Shown piece after piece: positions 48,052 to 57,910 of a stretch of 64,000 bases of DNA (the stretch's first letter is position 1; each line of letters opens with the position of its first letter). The notes below the pieces were generated by a model. That model was not told where the DNA came from. It saw only the letters and a list, made by a program, of their open reading frames with translations, and ran no database searches. The DNA is from Bdellovibrionales bacterium (GTDB lineage: Bacteria > Bdellovibrionota > Bdellovibrionia > Bdellovibrionales > UBA1609): positions 13,688-77,687 of the forward strand of contig JAHDIR010000004.1 in NCBI GenBank assembly GCA_020630675.1, read 5' to 3'. The translations under genes were made by a program, and so were the position numbers.

Positions 48052-49049
48052 AAGAAGAAGATTTATTAGCTTATATGAAGAATAACCCCTATTTTTTGGC
48101 GCCTATGGCAGGAATTACTGACTGTGCCTTCAGGTCTTTTATGCGTAAAATGGGGTGTGGAATTGCAACCACTGAATTGGTATCAGCCACCGGCTTAAAG
48201 TATAATAGTTCTAAGACCATAAAATTAATGAAGTACACAGAAGATCAATCCCCAGTAGGAATTCAAATTTTTGGTGAAGAACTAGAGCACCTACATAATG
48301 CTGCAAAATATATTTCTGATATGGGAGCGGATTTTATTGATTTAAATTTTGGCTGTCCAGTTGCAAAAGTAGTAAAAAAGGGAGCTGGCTCGGCTGTTTT
48401 GAAAGACCTTGTTCAGCTAAGAAAAGTTTTGAGAGCTGTTAAATCAGGTTCGAGCATTCCTGTTTCTATTAAGGTAAGAACGGGATGGGATGATCAAAAC
48501 AGAAATACTGATGAAGTGGCACAAGTTGCTTATGATGAGGGTATCGTGTGGGTAGCCGTTCATGGTCGTACTCGCCAGCAAGCCTATAAGGGGTTAGCGG
48601 ATTGGGAATATATTAACCAGGTTGCTGAAAAGGCCAAACTTCCTATAATTGGAAATGGTGATATTACGAGTGCTTCTATCGCACAAAAAAGACTGACTGA
48701 TGGTCATTGTCAGGGGGTAATGATTGGCCGTGGGTGTTTAAAAAACCCTTGGATATTTATGCAGTCTCGTGGCATTGCTTTCCAAAGAAACTTTAATGAA
48801 ATGTTTGATGACCTTCGAGGTTTTCTTGAAACTCACTTTGATGACTACTTAACAACGTTACAATATAAAAAGTTAGCTGTTTGGTTTTCCGCTGGTTACC
48901 CTCAATCTTCTCATTTTCGAAAAGCAGTGTTTCAGCTCAAAGAAAAAACTGAGGTTTTTGAAGTGGTTGATCAATACTTTGATAAAATACAGCACTTACC
49001 TATGAGAGACACCTCTGATGAGCCCTTTTTAATGGGAGGGCACGGCTAA
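48048..49049 (+). CDS. tRNA-dihydrouridine synthase
   Basis: LAPMAGITDCAFR, DLNFGCP, KVRTGWD and HGRTR motifs. ATGA overlap with the upstream gene. Confidence 0.9.
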   Translation: MKEEDLLAYMKNNPYFLAPMAGITDCAFRSFMRKMGCGIATTELVSATGLKYNSSKTIKLMKYTEDQSPVGIQIFGEELEHLHNAAKYISDMGADFIDLNFGCPVAKVVKKGAGSAVLKDLVQLRKVLRAVKSGSSIPVSIKVRTGWDDQNRNTDEVAQVAYDEGIVWVAVHGRTRQQAYKGLADWEYINQVAEKAKLPIIGNGDITSASIAQKRLTDGHCQGVMIGRGCLKNPWIFMQSRGIAFQRNFNEMFDDLRGFLETHFDDYLTTLQYKKLAVWFSAGYPQSSHFRKAVFQLKEKTEVFEVVDQYFDKIQHLPMRDTSDEPFLMGGHG

Positions 49050-49074
49050 TTTTTTGTTCGTTTTTAAAAAAAAG

Positions 49075-49968
49075 CTAGTTGTCTTCAAGAATTAAATTTT
49101 CATTTTTAATTTCATTTTCGATTTCTTCGTCAATCATTTCGTCTATAATTTCATCAGAAACTCTATGGTTTTTTGGCTCATCACCAGATAAAAACGGTGT
49201 ATTAAGATCTTTAGCTGTTTCAAAGCTAGGAGTATTTTTCCAAGGAAACTCATTAATTCGGTCTGTATAGTATAATTGCTCTTCAACCGTTATCTTTTTA
49301 AAGAGCATGAGTTTTCTAAGCAGTGTGGCGATTCTTTTTTTAGCGTAGGCAGATAATTTTTTGTCGGTAAAAATTTTAGAGTATTTCTTCGGACTGGGAA
49401 CTAAATACACTAATGCAGCACTTTCTAAGACTGAAAGTTGGCTGGGGTGTTTTTGAAAATATTTTCTAGAAGCAGATTTTATACCATATAGGTCTTTGCC
49501 AAATTCGATAACATTCATATAGCGTTCTAAAATAATATCTTTCTTAAATTTTTTTTCTATTTTATTGGCTAAAAAAGCTTCAATAAATTTTCTTTCTATC
49601 GACTTTACTGGCGAAAGAAATGCATTTTTAGCGAGTTGTTGGGTAATTGTTGACCCACCTCTCAAGTAAGATAGAGCTCTGAGGTTTGCATGAAAGCTTT
49701 GTTTTATTTCATGCCAATCAAACCCCTTATGAGAGTAAAAAGCAGCATCTTCAGATATAATGATAAGGTTAATAAAGTGTTTTGATATACTTTGTTTTTG
49801 AACATAGTCATTTCCACCCGGACAAAGATAGACTTGAAACATTTTTGTCTTAAAGCACTTATTAAGGTCAGAAATATTTATATCTTGGACAAGATAATAG
49901 GCCCTTAGAGAGCAAAAAGTAATAGTAATAAATAAAAGTGAACAAAAAATTAGGAGAATTTTTTTCAT
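49075..49968 (-). CDS. mtgA: Monofunctional peptidoglycan glycosyltransferase (GT51) with an acidic C-terminal tail
   Basis: N-terminal TM, then ISEDAAFYSHKGFDW and RGGSTITQQLAKN. The tail is DEIIDEMIDEEIENEIKNEN. Confidence 0.85.
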   Translation of the reverse strand: MKKILLIFCSLLFITITFCSLRAYYLVQDINISDLNKCFKTKMFQVYLCPGGNDYVQKQSISKHFINLIIISEDAAFYSHKGFDWHEIKQSFHANLRALSYLRGGSTITQQLAKNAFLSPVKSIERKFIEAFLANKIEKKFKKDIILERYMNVIEFGKDLYGIKSASRKYFQKHPSQLSVLESAALVYLVPSPKKYSKIFTDKKLSAYAKKRIATLLRKLMLFKKITVEEQLYYTDRINEFPWKNTPSFETAKDLNTPFLSGDEPKNHRVSDEIIDEMIDEEIENEIKNENLILEDN

Positions 49969-50945
49969 TAAAGTTTATTTTCCAGGACCCAATCAATACT
50001 TTGTTTAAGATAAACTTCTGCTTTTTGAGGTTTAAGTCCGAGTTCTTGTTGCGCTTTTTTTGAGTCAAACCAATGAAAAAGAGTGGATGTTTTTGCATTT
50101 TCACTATTCATTGGAAATTTTTTACCAAAAGCACTGACGATATTTCCCAAAATGCCCAATAAAAATAGTAGAAAGTTAGGTAAATAGATATGTGGTCGTT
50201 TTTGTCCAGATAAGTCGGCAATGGTTTCTAGTAAATATTTAATGGTTATATTTTCTCCAGACAGAATATAACGTTCTCCGATTTTACCTTTTTCAATAGC
50301 TGCCAAGAGACAGTCTACAACATCATTCACACCTATAATGCTAACTCCTCCCGAAGTATAAAAAGGAAACTGACCTTTGGCGACTTTTAGTTGCACACTT
50401 CGACTTCCTTTTTCGGCATCACCAGGCCCATATATAGTGGATGGGTTTAAGAGAGTAGCATTGAGCTTATTTTGCTGACAGGCTTTCATTACAATTTCTT
50501 CAGCTTTTCTTTTGGTTTCGAAGTAACCTAGATCAAGGTGTTTAATATTGTAAGAAGACTCCTCGTTAAGGGGAGTTTGGCCATCAAAACTAGCTCCGAC
50601 GGCTGTCACTGAGCTCATATGAATTAGTTTTTTGACATTTTTTTTTAAACAAATATTAACAATATTTTGTGTTCCTTGAACATTCACATCTTCCATAATT
50701 TGTCGATCAGCTTTTGAGTACCCAACAACACCGGCGAGGTGAAAGGTAACATCAAGTGAGAGAGGAATTTGATCAAGGCTTTCTGGATTGGTGACATCAC
50801 CTTTTATGATATGAAGATTTTTATGTTTGAGGCTTAAGGACTTTGGGTTGCGTACAAGTATGTAAACGGTGTGGTTTTCTTCAAGTAGCCTTTTAACTAA
50901 CCATTGGCCAACAAAACCAGTACCCCCTGTAACAAAAGTTTGCAA
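49968..50945 (-). CDS. NAD-dependent epimerase/dehydratase family (extended SDR)
   Basis: VTGGTGFVGQ and YFETKRKAE (YxxxK). TAATG 1-nt overlap with mtgA. Confidence 0.8.
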   Translation of the reverse strand: MQTFVTGGTGFVGQWLVKRLLEENHTVYILVRNPKSLSLKHKNLHIIKGDVTNPESLDQIPLSLDVTFHLAGVVGYSKADRQIMEDVNVQGTQNIVNICLKKNVKKLIHMSSVTAVGASFDGQTPLNEESSYNIKHLDLGYFETKRKAEEIVMKACQQNKLNATLLNPSTIYGPGDAEKGSRSVQLKVAKGQFPFYTSGGVSIIGVNDVVDCLLAAIEKGKIGERYILSGENITIKYLLETIADLSGQKRPHIYLPNFLLFLLGILGNIVSAFGKKFPMNSENAKTSTLFHWFDSKKAQQELGLKPQKAEVYLKQSIDWVLENKL

Positions 50946-50981
50946 ATTTAACCCCCCAATTTACTTATTTACCAAGGCTCC

Positions 50982-51009
50982 AAAGGCTAATGGTAGTGTT
51001 TTAGCCTTT
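50982..51009 (-). terminator. Hairpin downstream of ppiB, possibly a weak terminator
   Basis: 9-bp stem AAAGGCTAA/TTAGCCTTT with a 10-nt loop. No U-tract on either strand. Confidence 0.25.
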
Positions 51010-51045
51010 AAAAATATTAAGGAGCCAGAAGGTTATATAGTCAGA

Positions 51046-51588
51046 CTAATCTCTTACAATGGTTACTTTTTTCATAATAACAGGGTCTGCTGGGCAATCA
51101 TTTGGTCCTGTTGTATTAACCATAGAAATTTTATTAACAAGGTCCATACCCTCAACGACTTCTCCAAATACAGCATGACCACCTTTTCTCATTTGGTTCA
51201 TGGGATGATCAAAATCTAGGTGAGGGGTGGCGGCGACGGTAATGAAAAACTGGCTACCATTGGTGTTAGGTCCTGAATTGGCCATAGAAAGCATTCCTGC
51301 TTTACTGTGCTTTAACTCAGGGTGAAACTCGTCTTCAAAGCGATAGCCAGGGTCGCCCATCCCACTTCCTTCGGGGCATCCGCCTTGAATCATAAAGCCA
51401 TCAATAACACGGTGAAAATTAAGACCATCATAATATGGCTGTCCATTTTTTACGGTTGTTTTTGGGTGAGTGCCTTCAGCAAGTTGAACAAAGTTATCAA
51501 CAGTGTTGGGAGCAAACTTATCAAAAAGTTTAATTTTAATACTTCCCCAATTTTCATTATTACATTCGATATCAAAAATGGCGTGCAT
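51046..51588 (-). CDS. ppiB: Peptidyl-prolyl cis-trans isomerase, cytoplasmic cyclophilin type
   Basis: FHRVIDGFMIQGG, SMANSGPNTNGSQFFI and no signal peptide. Confidence 0.93.
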   Translation of the reverse strand: MHAIFDIECNNENWGSIKIKLFDKFAPNTVDNFVQLAEGTHPKTTVKNGQPYYDGLNFHRVIDGFMIQGGCPEGSGMGDPGYRFEDEFHPELKHSKAGMLSMANSGPNTNGSQFFITVAATPHLDFDHPMNQMRKGGHAVFGEVVEGMDLVNKISMVNTTGPNDCPADPVIMKKVTIVRD

Positions 51589-51797
51589 AACTGTCCCCTT
51601 GGCAATAGAAAATAATTTTTTTTATAAGACCGCATGTCTATTATTATTACTACATCCTGTCAATTTCTATAGCTAACTAATGCCTGAAAGAGCTTATGTT
51701 TCTTCTTGGGATAGCTAGGTGATAAAGACAATGGCCTTTGTAAAAGTGCAGCTAATGTAAGATATAAATTATTCTGATTAATTATAGTCAATCTTTG

Positions 51798-54263
51798 CTA
51801 TTTCATAAGGATCATGTTTTGAACTAGTTTTTGGTTGTCGAGCAATAAGCCTTCTAGATGAGGAAATAGCTTATCTTTATTTATGCCCAGGTGATGACTG
51901 AGTCGTAGAAAACTGTCTGAGTTTTTTTCTAAAAAAGTGGTTTGATGTTGAGTGAGAATTTGAGAAATTTGCTCATAATATCTCAACTTAAGGTAATTTT
52001 CGTGAAGTGATCTCATTGATAGTTGTTGTTGAGCGTAGTTTGAGATTTGCTTAATCATTTCCAGGGTATTTCCCGATATTGGTTTTAGGTTGTTTTTTAA
52101 TAAATAGGTTTGGCAAGAAAACTCAACATCAATTAACCCCCCAGGAGAGTACTTTAAATCTAAAGTTTCAGGTTCGGTTTGGTTTTGCGTTTTATTTTCT
52201 AAGAAAAGCTGTTGTTTAATATTGAGCATTTCGTTTTCATCAATGTCTTTTATGGGACGAGTAAATAAAGCCTGTAAAATATCTTGGCGAAAACTTTTGT
52301 CATTTAAAGGCGTTGCTCTTAAATATGATTGTCTTTCCCAAATTTTAGCTTCTTCATTAAGATATTTAATAAGGCTACTTTTTTGAGTAATTAATTTACC
52401 ACTGCCGGATTGTGGCCTTAATCTTAGATCAACAGGGTAAATTTCGCCCCCTTTTTGACGATTTGTCAGCATATTAATAAATCGTCGTGAAATTTTGATA
52501 TCATGGTCTGAAATTTTTTTGTCTGTTACAAAAATAAAATCTAGGTCAGAAAGTAGGCCTAGATCATGTCCTCCCCATTTTCCTAATTTAATAATTTCAA
52601 TACTATTATCAGGAAATTTCTTTTTTAAAGAAAAAAGGAGTTGCTTTGTAATTTTGTCAGCAGTTTCTGAGCAGGTGAAAGTGAGGTTTTCAATTTCTTT
52701 TTGAGCAAGTAGTTGGCCACTCAATAAAATTTGATTGAGTTGCTTATAGTCACCAAGCTCTTCGAGTAATTTTTGTAAATCATTTGAAAAAGTTGGAAAT
52801 TGTTTAAGTAAAAAACTATCAAGTAACTCTGGTTTAGCAGCGAGAAGCTGACCCAAGTAAGGTGAGCTGCTCAAAATAATAGCCAGCTCTTTGACGATAT
52901 TTGGCTCTTGTTCAAGCAAGTGGTAAAAACTTCTTTTAGGCCGAATAGATTTAATAAACTCAGACAGTAAATTTAAACTTAAGTTTTTATCTAAACCAAA
53001 TTGGCAAACGTTATCAATAAAGTGAAATAAAAAACGAGATCTTAAAACCTCATCTTTCTGATTTTTTTTAGCATATACGGTAAGTGCCATTATTTTAGGC
53101 CATAGCTTATCTACTAATAGAGACTCAAACCCCTTGCTCTTTAACCAACTCATTTGTTGGTCTAGCTGACCAGGCATTAAAGATTGTGACTCTTTGGACT
53201 GACCAAGAAGTTCTGAAACAATCTGATCAACCTTAGAAAAGGGCAGTTCATTGGGAGAAATGACATTTCCTTCAGGAGATTTAAAGGCAGTTGGGAGCAA
53301 GTGAGTTTGTAAATCATCTTTTAATTGCACTAAATTTTCAATTTCACGCAATCTCCAGTACGTATTTAATAAAAATTGATGGTCTTGTTTGCTAAGAATT
53401 TTATGTTTAAGTAATAAATCTAAAGCCGTTGAAGTTTCAGATGCTTGAAGCTGAGTATTTTTTCCACCGTGTATAACTTGTAAGGAGTTAATGTATAGTT
53501 CTATGTCGCGAATACCACCAACAGCCAACTTAAGGTGTTTTGCCGATTCATCATTATTTTGTTCTTCTTGAATATTTTGCCGGATATTTTTGATGTCTTC
53601 TAAAACACTATAGTCGAGAAATTTTCGATAACAAAAACTTTTTTTAGTCGCTAAAACAGCTTTAATAACTTCTTGGTTACCGCAAATAGGCCTTAACCTG
53701 TGCAGAGCGATTCGTTCCCAGGTGGCGCCTTGAGTCCAATAGTAGTCATCAAACTGTTTAACGCTGCAAATTGGTGGGCCCAAGCGGCCCCCCGGTCGTA
53801 AATTATAATCAAGCCGGTAACAAAAACCGAGTTCACTATGTGATGAAAGAAGTTCATTAAATTCTTTGTAAAATTTAAGTTGCGATCTTTTTGGGGGCTC
53901 TAAGCTGACCATAATAATATCTATGTCAGAGCTTAAGTTGAGCTCAAGGGCCCCAAGTTTTCCAAGAGCAAACAGGGCCATATTTTCATGACCAGAAAAG
54001 TTTGACCAGGCTTCATCCACAATATCCATCGTCTTTAAGCTCCAGGCATGGCAAACTTCACGAGTCGATAATTTTTTTAAAACTTGGTTTAGGCTACATT
54101 CGACCCAAGCGCTATGACGATGTATTTTAATTTTTTGTTTACTATCAAGGTTTGTGTCTGAATGAATATTTAGTAGGCTTAGATATCGATCTATGGCAGG
54201 AGAGTACTCTCTTGCTAAGGCGATATCTTTTTCAGAAAAATGATCATTCCAAGATAGGCTCAT
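51798..54263 (-). CDS. glnE: Glutamine synthetase adenylyltransferase / adenylyl-removing enzyme
   Basis: Two nucleotidyltransferase modules, ALGKLGALELNLSSDIDII and KLGKWGGHDLGLLSDLDFIF, each followed by a GlnE helical domain. Confidence 0.88.
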   Translation of the reverse strand: MSLSWNDHFSEKDIALAREYSPAIDRYLSLLNIHSDTNLDSKQKIKIHRHSAWVECSLNQVLKKLSTREVCHAWSLKTMDIVDEAWSNFSGHENMALFALGKLGALELNLSSDIDIIMVSLEPPKRSQLKFYKEFNELLSSHSELGFCYRLDYNLRPGGRLGPPICSVKQFDDYYWTQGATWERIALHRLRPICGNQEVIKAVLATKKSFCYRKFLDYSVLEDIKNIRQNIQEEQNNDESAKHLKLAVGGIRDIELYINSLQVIHGGKNTQLQASETSTALDLLLKHKILSKQDHQFLLNTYWRLREIENLVQLKDDLQTHLLPTAFKSPEGNVISPNELPFSKVDQIVSELLGQSKESQSLMPGQLDQQMSWLKSKGFESLLVDKLWPKIMALTVYAKKNQKDEVLRSRFLFHFIDNVCQFGLDKNLSLNLLSEFIKSIRPKRSFYHLLEQEPNIVKELAIILSSSPYLGQLLAAKPELLDSFLLKQFPTFSNDLQKLLEELGDYKQLNQILLSGQLLAQKEIENLTFTCSETADKITKQLLFSLKKKFPDNSIEIIKLGKWGGHDLGLLSDLDFIFVTDKKISDHDIKISRRFINMLTNRQKGGEIYPVDLRLRPQSGSGKLITQKSSLIKYLNEEAKIWERQSYLRATPLNDKSFRQDILQALFTRPIKDIDENEMLNIKQQLFLENKTQNQTEPETLDLKYSPGGLIDVEFSCQTYLLKNNLKPISGNTLEMIKQISNYAQQQLSMRSLHENYLKLRYYEQISQILTQHQTTFLEKNSDSFLRLSHHLGINKDKLFPHLEGLLLDNQKLVQNMILMK

Positions 54264-55637
54264 CTAGTCTAAAAAAGGAGACCATTTAGGCTTGAAGTAT
54301 TGGTACTTGTCGTGAGTGACCCTTCGTTCGTTACTTCCATCACTATTGATCATATAAATTTGATTTTTACCGGTGCGATCACTAGTAAAAACAATGTATC
54401 TTCCATCGGGTGACCAGCTGGGGTCTTCGTTGGTTGCCATTGTACCGTTGAGCTTTTTGGCGCTAGTTAATTGCTTTAACCCAGTGCCATCTATATTTAC
54501 TGTGAAAATATCAAAGTGCCCCTTCACATAACCAGCAAAAGCAATTTTCTTTCCATCGGGTGACCAGCTGGGGCTAGAGTTATACTTTCCAGCAAATGTA
54601 ACTTTTCGAGCTGGACCGCCTCGGCGTGACATAACATAAATCATAGGGCGGCCACTGCGTGTTGAAGAAAAAGCAATCTTTTTGCCGTCAGGTGAGACAG
54701 CTGGTTCAACATTCATTGCACCAAAAGGACCTCGAGTCAGTTGTTTAAATTTTTTCTTTCCAATAAGGTTCATAGAGTAAATGTTGGGGTTGTTATTGAG
54801 AGAAATACTTAACGCAATTTCTTTATCACCGGGAAAAAAACTACCACCTGAGTTGATACCTTTTTTATATGAAGCTAGGTACCTTCTTTTTTGGGCTAAG
54901 TCATAAATGAATAAATCAATGTTTCTTCTCTTGGCTTTTCGGTGGTAAGTGTAACTACTATATAAAACTTTGCTTCCATCGGAAGACCAGTTAGGTGAAA
55001 GAGTGATACCTTTATGGTTAGTTATTCTTTGGGGGTTAAAGCCGTCCCAGTCCATTATATAAACTTCTTTTTCGTTTCGTTTTCTACGATCACTGGTGAA
55101 AGTGAGCTTACTATTAAACATAGCTTTTTTGCCAGTGAGTTGGCGAATGATATCACTAGAAAAGCGATGAGCGATTCGTCGATAAGACCTAAGTGTTCCT
55201 TCATAACTTTGATTAAAAATAAGCTTGGCTTGCGGAATATAATAAACATAGGTTTCTAGGGTCAGTTTATTGTTTGAAATTCGGTATCCTGCTCTAATGA
55301 GAAACTCAGTTTCTAGAGGAGTCCAATTGGCATATTTAAATCCTCCTGGGAATTGCGGCGCCGGTCTTAACCCAGTTTTTCGAGTGTCTTCAATAAAGGC
55401 CTTCGGACTGATAAAAGCAAACATAGAGGCAACATCGAGATCATTTTTAATTGTTGAAAATAAATTCTGACCGACTATGGTTGCATTTTTTGCTTTTGGG
55501 GAGCCAAAAAAATTCAGAGCTGGCAAAGCCAATAAACTTTTTTTGATCTTGGCTTTACCAATATCAATATATACTCGTTCTTTGGCAATGGTTTGAAAAG
55601 AAAAGAAAATAAGGCTGAGTAATAGTATGTTTTTCAT
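54264..55637 (-). CDS. tolB: Tol-Pal system beta-propeller protein TolB
   Basis: Signal peptide, TolB N-domain and repeated SP(D/N)G.K(I/V) propeller blades. Confidence 0.92.
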   Translation of the reverse strand: MKNILLLSLIFFSFQTIAKERVYIDIGKAKIKKSLLALPALNFFGSPKAKNATIVGQNLFSTIKNDLDVASMFAFISPKAFIEDTRKTGLRPAPQFPGGFKYANWTPLETEFLIRAGYRISNNKLTLETYVYYIPQAKLIFNQSYEGTLRSYRRIAHRFSSDIIRQLTGKKAMFNSKLTFTSDRRKRNEKEVYIMDWDGFNPQRITNHKGITLSPNWSSDGSKVLYSSYTYHRKAKRRNIDLFIYDLAQKRRYLASYKKGINSGGSFFPGDKEIALSISLNNNPNIYSMNLIGKKKFKQLTRGPFGAMNVEPAVSPDGKKIAFSSTRSGRPMIYVMSRRGGPARKVTFAGKYNSSPSWSPDGKKIAFAGYVKGHFDIFTVNIDGTGLKQLTSAKKLNGTMATNEDPSWSPDGRYIVFTSDRTGKNQIYMINSDGSNERRVTHDKYQYFKPKWSPFLD

Positions 55638-55714
55638 ATATTCAGTTTATCTCATTCCCCTGTTTTAGGGCAAGAGTAACTCAAATGATCCGGACTGTAC
55701 GTGTCAGGTGAATG

Positions 55715-56557
55715 TCAATTTTCAGGAAAACCAAACACAATTTCTTTTTGCTCCACTCGTGACCGTAGCCTTTCTGGTGGCAGTGGAAAGGGGGAGGATT
55801 GGTCAATGGCTGCTAATATAGTGTTATCAAAGTTGGGGTTACCTGAGGATTTAATGATTTCTCTGCGAACGACCTGTCCACTAGCATCTAAGACAACCAG
55901 GGCTTGAGCTTTCAAATCCAGTTCAGCTAACCAGCCAGGAACCGTCCAGTTGTTGTATAAATGGACTTTTAAATTATTATAGTACTTATTAAATTGAATG
56001 GAATCTAAGCCTTGGCTGAAGCTACCCGGAGTAATTCTTTGTCCCACAGCAAGCTTCGCCTCCTCATCATTGCTGTTTTCTTTTTGTGAATCTACATTTT
56101 TGATCTTCTCAAGAGCTTCAATTTGTTTGAGCTTATTTAAAGCCTCTTGTTGTTGATTTTTGATTTTTTCAGCTTTTTTTAATGCGGCCTTTTTCCTTTT
56201 TTTATCAGCGTCTTCTTTTTGCTTCTTAAGTTTAGCTTTCTTTTGTTTAAGATCGACCGTGGGCCCTTTTGGAGGAGGTGGGGTTTTTTCCACTTTTGGT
56301 TCCATTTTTTTTTCAGCAGCTGCTTTTTCAGCCTTGGCTGGTAAAGAAGGTTCTTTTTTAGTTTGTAGAGCTTTTACTTTTTTCGGGGGAGTTTTTATTT
56401 CTCCAATAATATTTACCATCATTGCTTGAGGAACAATAATTTCTTCTTGGTGAAAATCAAAAACACCTGAGAAAAAAACTAAAAACAGGAGGTGTAAACC
56501 CACCGAGATCCATAAGTATTTTTTAAAATAGGGTTCTGTTTTCTTTTTATTATTCAC
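55715..56557 (-). CDS. tolA: TolA-like cell envelope integrity protein
   Basis: N-terminal TM, a long Lys/Ala/Glu helical region and a TolA/TonB-type C-terminal domain. Its position between tolR and tolB supports the call. Confidence 0.75.
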   Translation of the reverse strand: MNNKKKTEPYFKKYLWISVGLHLLFLVFFSGVFDFHQEEIIVPQAMMVNIIGEIKTPPKKVKALQTKKEPSLPAKAEKAAAEKKMEPKVEKTPPPPKGPTVDLKQKKAKLKKQKEDADKKRKKAALKKAEKIKNQQQEALNKLKQIEALEKIKNVDSQKENSNDEEAKLAVGQRITPGSFSQGLDSIQFNKYYNNLKVHLYNNWTVPGWLAELDLKAQALVVLDASGQVVRREIIKSSGNPNFDNTILAAIDQSSPFPLPPERLRSRVEQKEIVFGFPEN

Positions 56558-56976
56558 TATTTCGCTTTTGGTAAAGTGACCAAGCCAATGCTGAATATTC
56601 CAGCGGCTCTAATTTCAGCCATAGTTTCAGCAACCAGGCCATAGTTAACAGACTTGTCAGCTTGAATATAAAGTTGTTTGTTTTTTCTTGTTTTAAATGT
56701 GTATTTGAGCTTTTCCCCTAGAGCTTCGAGGCGAATGGACTCTTTTCCAGCGTAGATTTTTTTATTTTTTTTAATAACTAAGATATAAGGTTTTTCAGGG
56801 GTGCTCATGCCTGTGTTTACAGTTTCAGGCAAAGCCACTTCAATACCTTGCTTCATCATAGGGGCAGTGACCATAAAAATAATCAGAAGAACTAACATAA
56901 CATCAACTAAAGGAGTCACATTAATCTCACTGAGTACAACTCTCGATTTAGATGAATTGTTAGAAGACATTCCCAC
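56557..56976 (-). CDS. tolR: Biopolymer transport protein TolR/ExbD
   Basis: INVTPLVDVMLVLLIIFMV and a 1-nt overlap with tolA. Confidence 0.88.
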   Translation of the reverse strand: MGMSSNNSSKSRVVLSEINVTPLVDVMLVLLIIFMVTAPMMKQGIEVALPETVNTGMSTPEKPYILVIKKNKKIYAGKESIRLEALGEKLKYTFKTRKNKQLYIQADKSVNYGLVAETMAEIRAAGIFSIGLVTLPKAK

Positions 56977-56981
56977 GAGGA

Positions 56982-57761
56982 TTATTCTCCTTTAAAAAAG
57001 TTACGTTTAGCAATATTTAAAAAATCAGCAGCAAAATTTGAGAGCTCAACTTCTTGAGACTTAATTTCAGTTAAGAAATAATTGTAGGCTACAGTGGCAG
57101 GAATGGCTGCGGCCAAACCAATAGCTGTAGCAATAAGAGCCTCTGAAATTCCGGGTGCTACAATAGCCAGACTGGCCATCTGTGTAGCACCAATTTTTTG
57201 GAAGGCCCCCATAATACCCCAGACCGTCCCAAATAGACCAATAAAAGGGCCGGTACTTCCCGTCGTAGCCAGTAAGTTAAGCCTTGATTCCATAGATGAG
57301 ATTTCGTTATCAATTTCTTTTTTGATAGCTCTTTCAAGGTTGTCGATTCCGCTAAGCATAGGAGAGTGATTGGCATTTTCTTTTTCAGCAAGAGTTGAGT
57401 CGGCCATTTTTCTAAGCTCTAAGTAGCCGGCTTTAAAAATTTTTGCTAAAGAACTTTTAGGGTAATCACTAACTTTGGCGAAAATATCATCCAAAGATTT
57501 AGCCTTCCAAAATAGATCACTAAAAGGCTCATTACTATTCTTGATCAATTTAAACTGCTTATATTTATAAAAAGTAATGGCCCAACAAACAACGGACAAA
57601 GCAACAAGAATAAAAAGAGTGAGCTGCACAACAATACTGGCCTGGGCAATAGCTTCAATGGGGTTTAAATCAAGAGCACTCTGTGTCGCGGCCTCTGGGG
57701 CAGCATTACTTTTTGTTTGAGCAAAAAGATGATTTGAAAAAATTAAAAAGAAGTAAAGCAT
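56982..57761 (-). CDS. tolQ: MotA/TolQ/ExbB proton channel protein with an N-terminal signal-like extension
   Basis: GPFIGLFGTVWGIM and IAPGISEALIATAIGL. I place the start at MLYFF (57761), 8 nt after GAGG. Confidence 0.88.
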   Translation of the reverse strand: MLYFFLIFSNHLFAQTKSNAAPEAATQSALDLNPIEAIAQASIVVQLTLFILVALSVVCWAITFYKYKQFKLIKNSNEPFSDLFWKAKSLDDIFAKVSDYPKSSLAKIFKAGYLELRKMADSTLAEKENANHSPMLSGIDNLERAIKKEIDNEISSMESRLNLLATTGSTGPFIGLFGTVWGIMGAFQKIGATQMASLAIVAPGISEALIATAIGLAAAIPATVAYNYFLTEIKSQEVELSNFAADFLNIAKRNFFKGE

Positions 57762-57910
57762 GGAAGACCTCGCAAAGGGGGTTGGGAACCAAATAAATAG
57801 ATCGAACGCAGACAACATTCGGAAGATTTATTCAGATATTATTGTACCTAGATTTACTTTTTTTTAAAGTAAGTTTTGTAAAATTATTGTCAAATAAGAG
57901 CAGAGCAAAG

